From the NCBI GenBank assembly GCA_965113315.1, contig OZ220369.1: DNA of 64,000 bases. One strand, 5' to 3'. Under the pieces are notes generated by a model that saw only the letters and a list, made by a program, of their open reading frames with translations, ran no database searches and was not told the DNA's origin. This document shows positions 62,480 to 64,000 of this stretch, one piece after another; position 1 is the first letter of the stretch; every line of letters begins with the position of its first letter. A program made the translations under genes and the position numbers. The stretch is from Podarcis vaucheri (Eukaryota).

Positions 62480-62960
62480 CTAACTCTCGCTGTCTCGTTC
62501 TCCGGCCTTTCGCTCCGCAGGCAACGCCAGGGAAGGGGAAAGGGCAGCTCGTGGCGGCTCCTGATCCGGATCGGGTCCCGTGCAGAAGAGGCGCACACAG
62601 CGGAGTCTCCGCTTGCCTACCTGTCTTGGATCTCCCGCCTCCTTGCCCAGCGCAAAAGCGGAAGCACGCATGCGCAATCGACAGGAGGCTTAATCAAAGA
62701 GACTTCGCTCCTCATTCGCCGGTTCTATGCCCAACCGGAAGAAAGTGGAGCAGCCCCATTGGCCAGAATGGAAGAAAAGGCGGGGCTCGAGGTGGGGGAG
62801 GAGAAAGCTGGCTTGTGATTGCTCCGTTGCTTCCGCCCGTAGCTGGTGCGCTTGGAGATTCGCTTTCCGCCCTGAAAGTGACGCGAACAAGCCGCCTAAA
62901 AGCTGGAGAGGTTGAAGTTTCGGCGATGTTGATTGGCTCATCAAAGCTCCAGCTCAAAGC
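62480..62960 (-). promoter_or_regulatory. LSM10: LSM10 CpG promoter and short non-coding exon 1 (donor at 62621/62620)
   Basis: CAG|GTAGGC donor; ETS CGGAAG ~62659; NRF1-like GCACGCATGCGCA 62664-62676; CCAAT boxes ~62758 and ~62932. Confidence 0.8.
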
Positions 62961-63301
62961 CGCCTTAACTCAACTAAACATGCTCAGAATTGCCGGTATC
63001 CGGGTGTGATTTTACTAATCACAGTAACATCAGACTGCAATCAAGTATTTTGGAGCAACCCTTGTTGAGCAGGGTAATGCTTCCTGCCCGGTAAACATGG
63101 ATAAGATTTAGTTAACTACACATGACGAGCTGTGTGTTAAGCTGCATTTTTCAAATTTCAAATATTTTAAATAAACACATATAGTTTTTATACACTATTC
63201 TTTAATGGTAGTAATGGATTTATAATTAACTTATAATAAAAGTAGAACTATCTTCTCTAATAAGCAGCTTTTGTTCTGTGCAAATAGGCTAGATCTAGTT
63301 C

Positions 63302-63447
63302 ACCAGAAGCAACTTAGTCATGCTGGCCACATGACCCGGAAACTGTCTGCGGGCAAACGCCGGCTCCCTTAGCGTATAGAGCGAGATGAGCACGCAACCC
63401 CCAAGTTGTGCGCGACTGGACCTAATGGTCAGAGGTACCTTTACCTT
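63302..63447 (+). mobile_element. Sauria SINE 3' fragment
   Basis: ccagaagcaacttagtcatgctggccacatgacccgg...gactggacctaatggtc...cctttacctt. Confidence 0.87.
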
Positions 63448-63494
63448 AGTTAGAATCTATTTGGGAGTCCTATGCACTCACTTAATATGAATGC

Positions 63495-64000
63495 ATCAGC
63501 TCCACAGAGACTCATCAACCATTTTACCAAACCTGCAGGCAGTTCCATCAGCCTGATGACTAACATCCTGGGTCAGGACGCTGCCAGCACTCCATGCATT
63601 AGCACTGGTGATCACACGCTTGAGATGGTAGACTGTTTTGTCTATCCGGATTTCACCATAACCAGCAGCCTCCATCAATGCTTAGCTGGACAAGCATATT
63701 GGCAATACAGCTATGACAATGTGATGCTAACATCCCATACCAAGATAAAGGTCTACCATGCTTGTGTGTTGAGCACGCTGCTTATGGAGGTGAGTCATGG
63801 GCAACTTAGAATTGTCAGGAGCGACTCCTCAACGCCTTACATGTGTGCTGTGTCAGGAAGCTTTTGGGTATCATCAGGGACATGCTCTATGGGAAAATGG
63901 CTTCAGGCACCAGGCCTGTTGGCCAGCCAACTCTGTGTTACAAAAGATGTCTGCAAACGTGACATGAAGGCTGGCAGCATTAATCCCACTGTGTGGGAAT
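63495..64000 (+). mobile_element. Decayed RTE-clade LINE RT fragment
   Basis: TNILGQD...DHTLEMVDCFVY...TKIKVYHACVLSTLL, with frameshifts. Confidence 0.75.

Overview
Vertebrate genomic DNA, almost certainly a squamate (probably a lacertid lizard), inferred from Sauria SINEs and a CR1/L2/L1/RTE/Penelope/MITE repertoire. Gene order: 3' exons of a DCDC2-family gene (probably DCDC2B, +); an uninterrupted 648-aa hAT (Blackjack-like) transposase ORF (-); a CpG-island promoter that looks bidirectional; IQCC (+, 5 coding exons, ~226 aa); EVA1B (-, 163 aa); STK40 pseudokinase (-, 10 coding exons, 433 aa); LSM10 (-, 123 aa). Most ORFs in the supplied track are spurious, and the genes were rebuilt by hand from splice sites. 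The best candidate for a new system is the transposase. It has one recognisable terminal repeat and a host-like architecture: non-coding CpG-island exon with donor, acceptor just before the ATG, and a poly(A) signal outside the TIR. It may therefore be a captured or domesticated ZBED-like gene, although substitutions next to the catalytic Glu also fit a decaying insertion. Other findings: a Penelope-type minimal hammerhead ribozyme in an inverted repeat, a hAT MITE with a perfect 8-bp TSD, a spliced overlapping uORF in STK40, three miR-31 seed sites, a short IQCC, and gene order unlike human. Gene and repeat names come from recalled sequences, not database searches.
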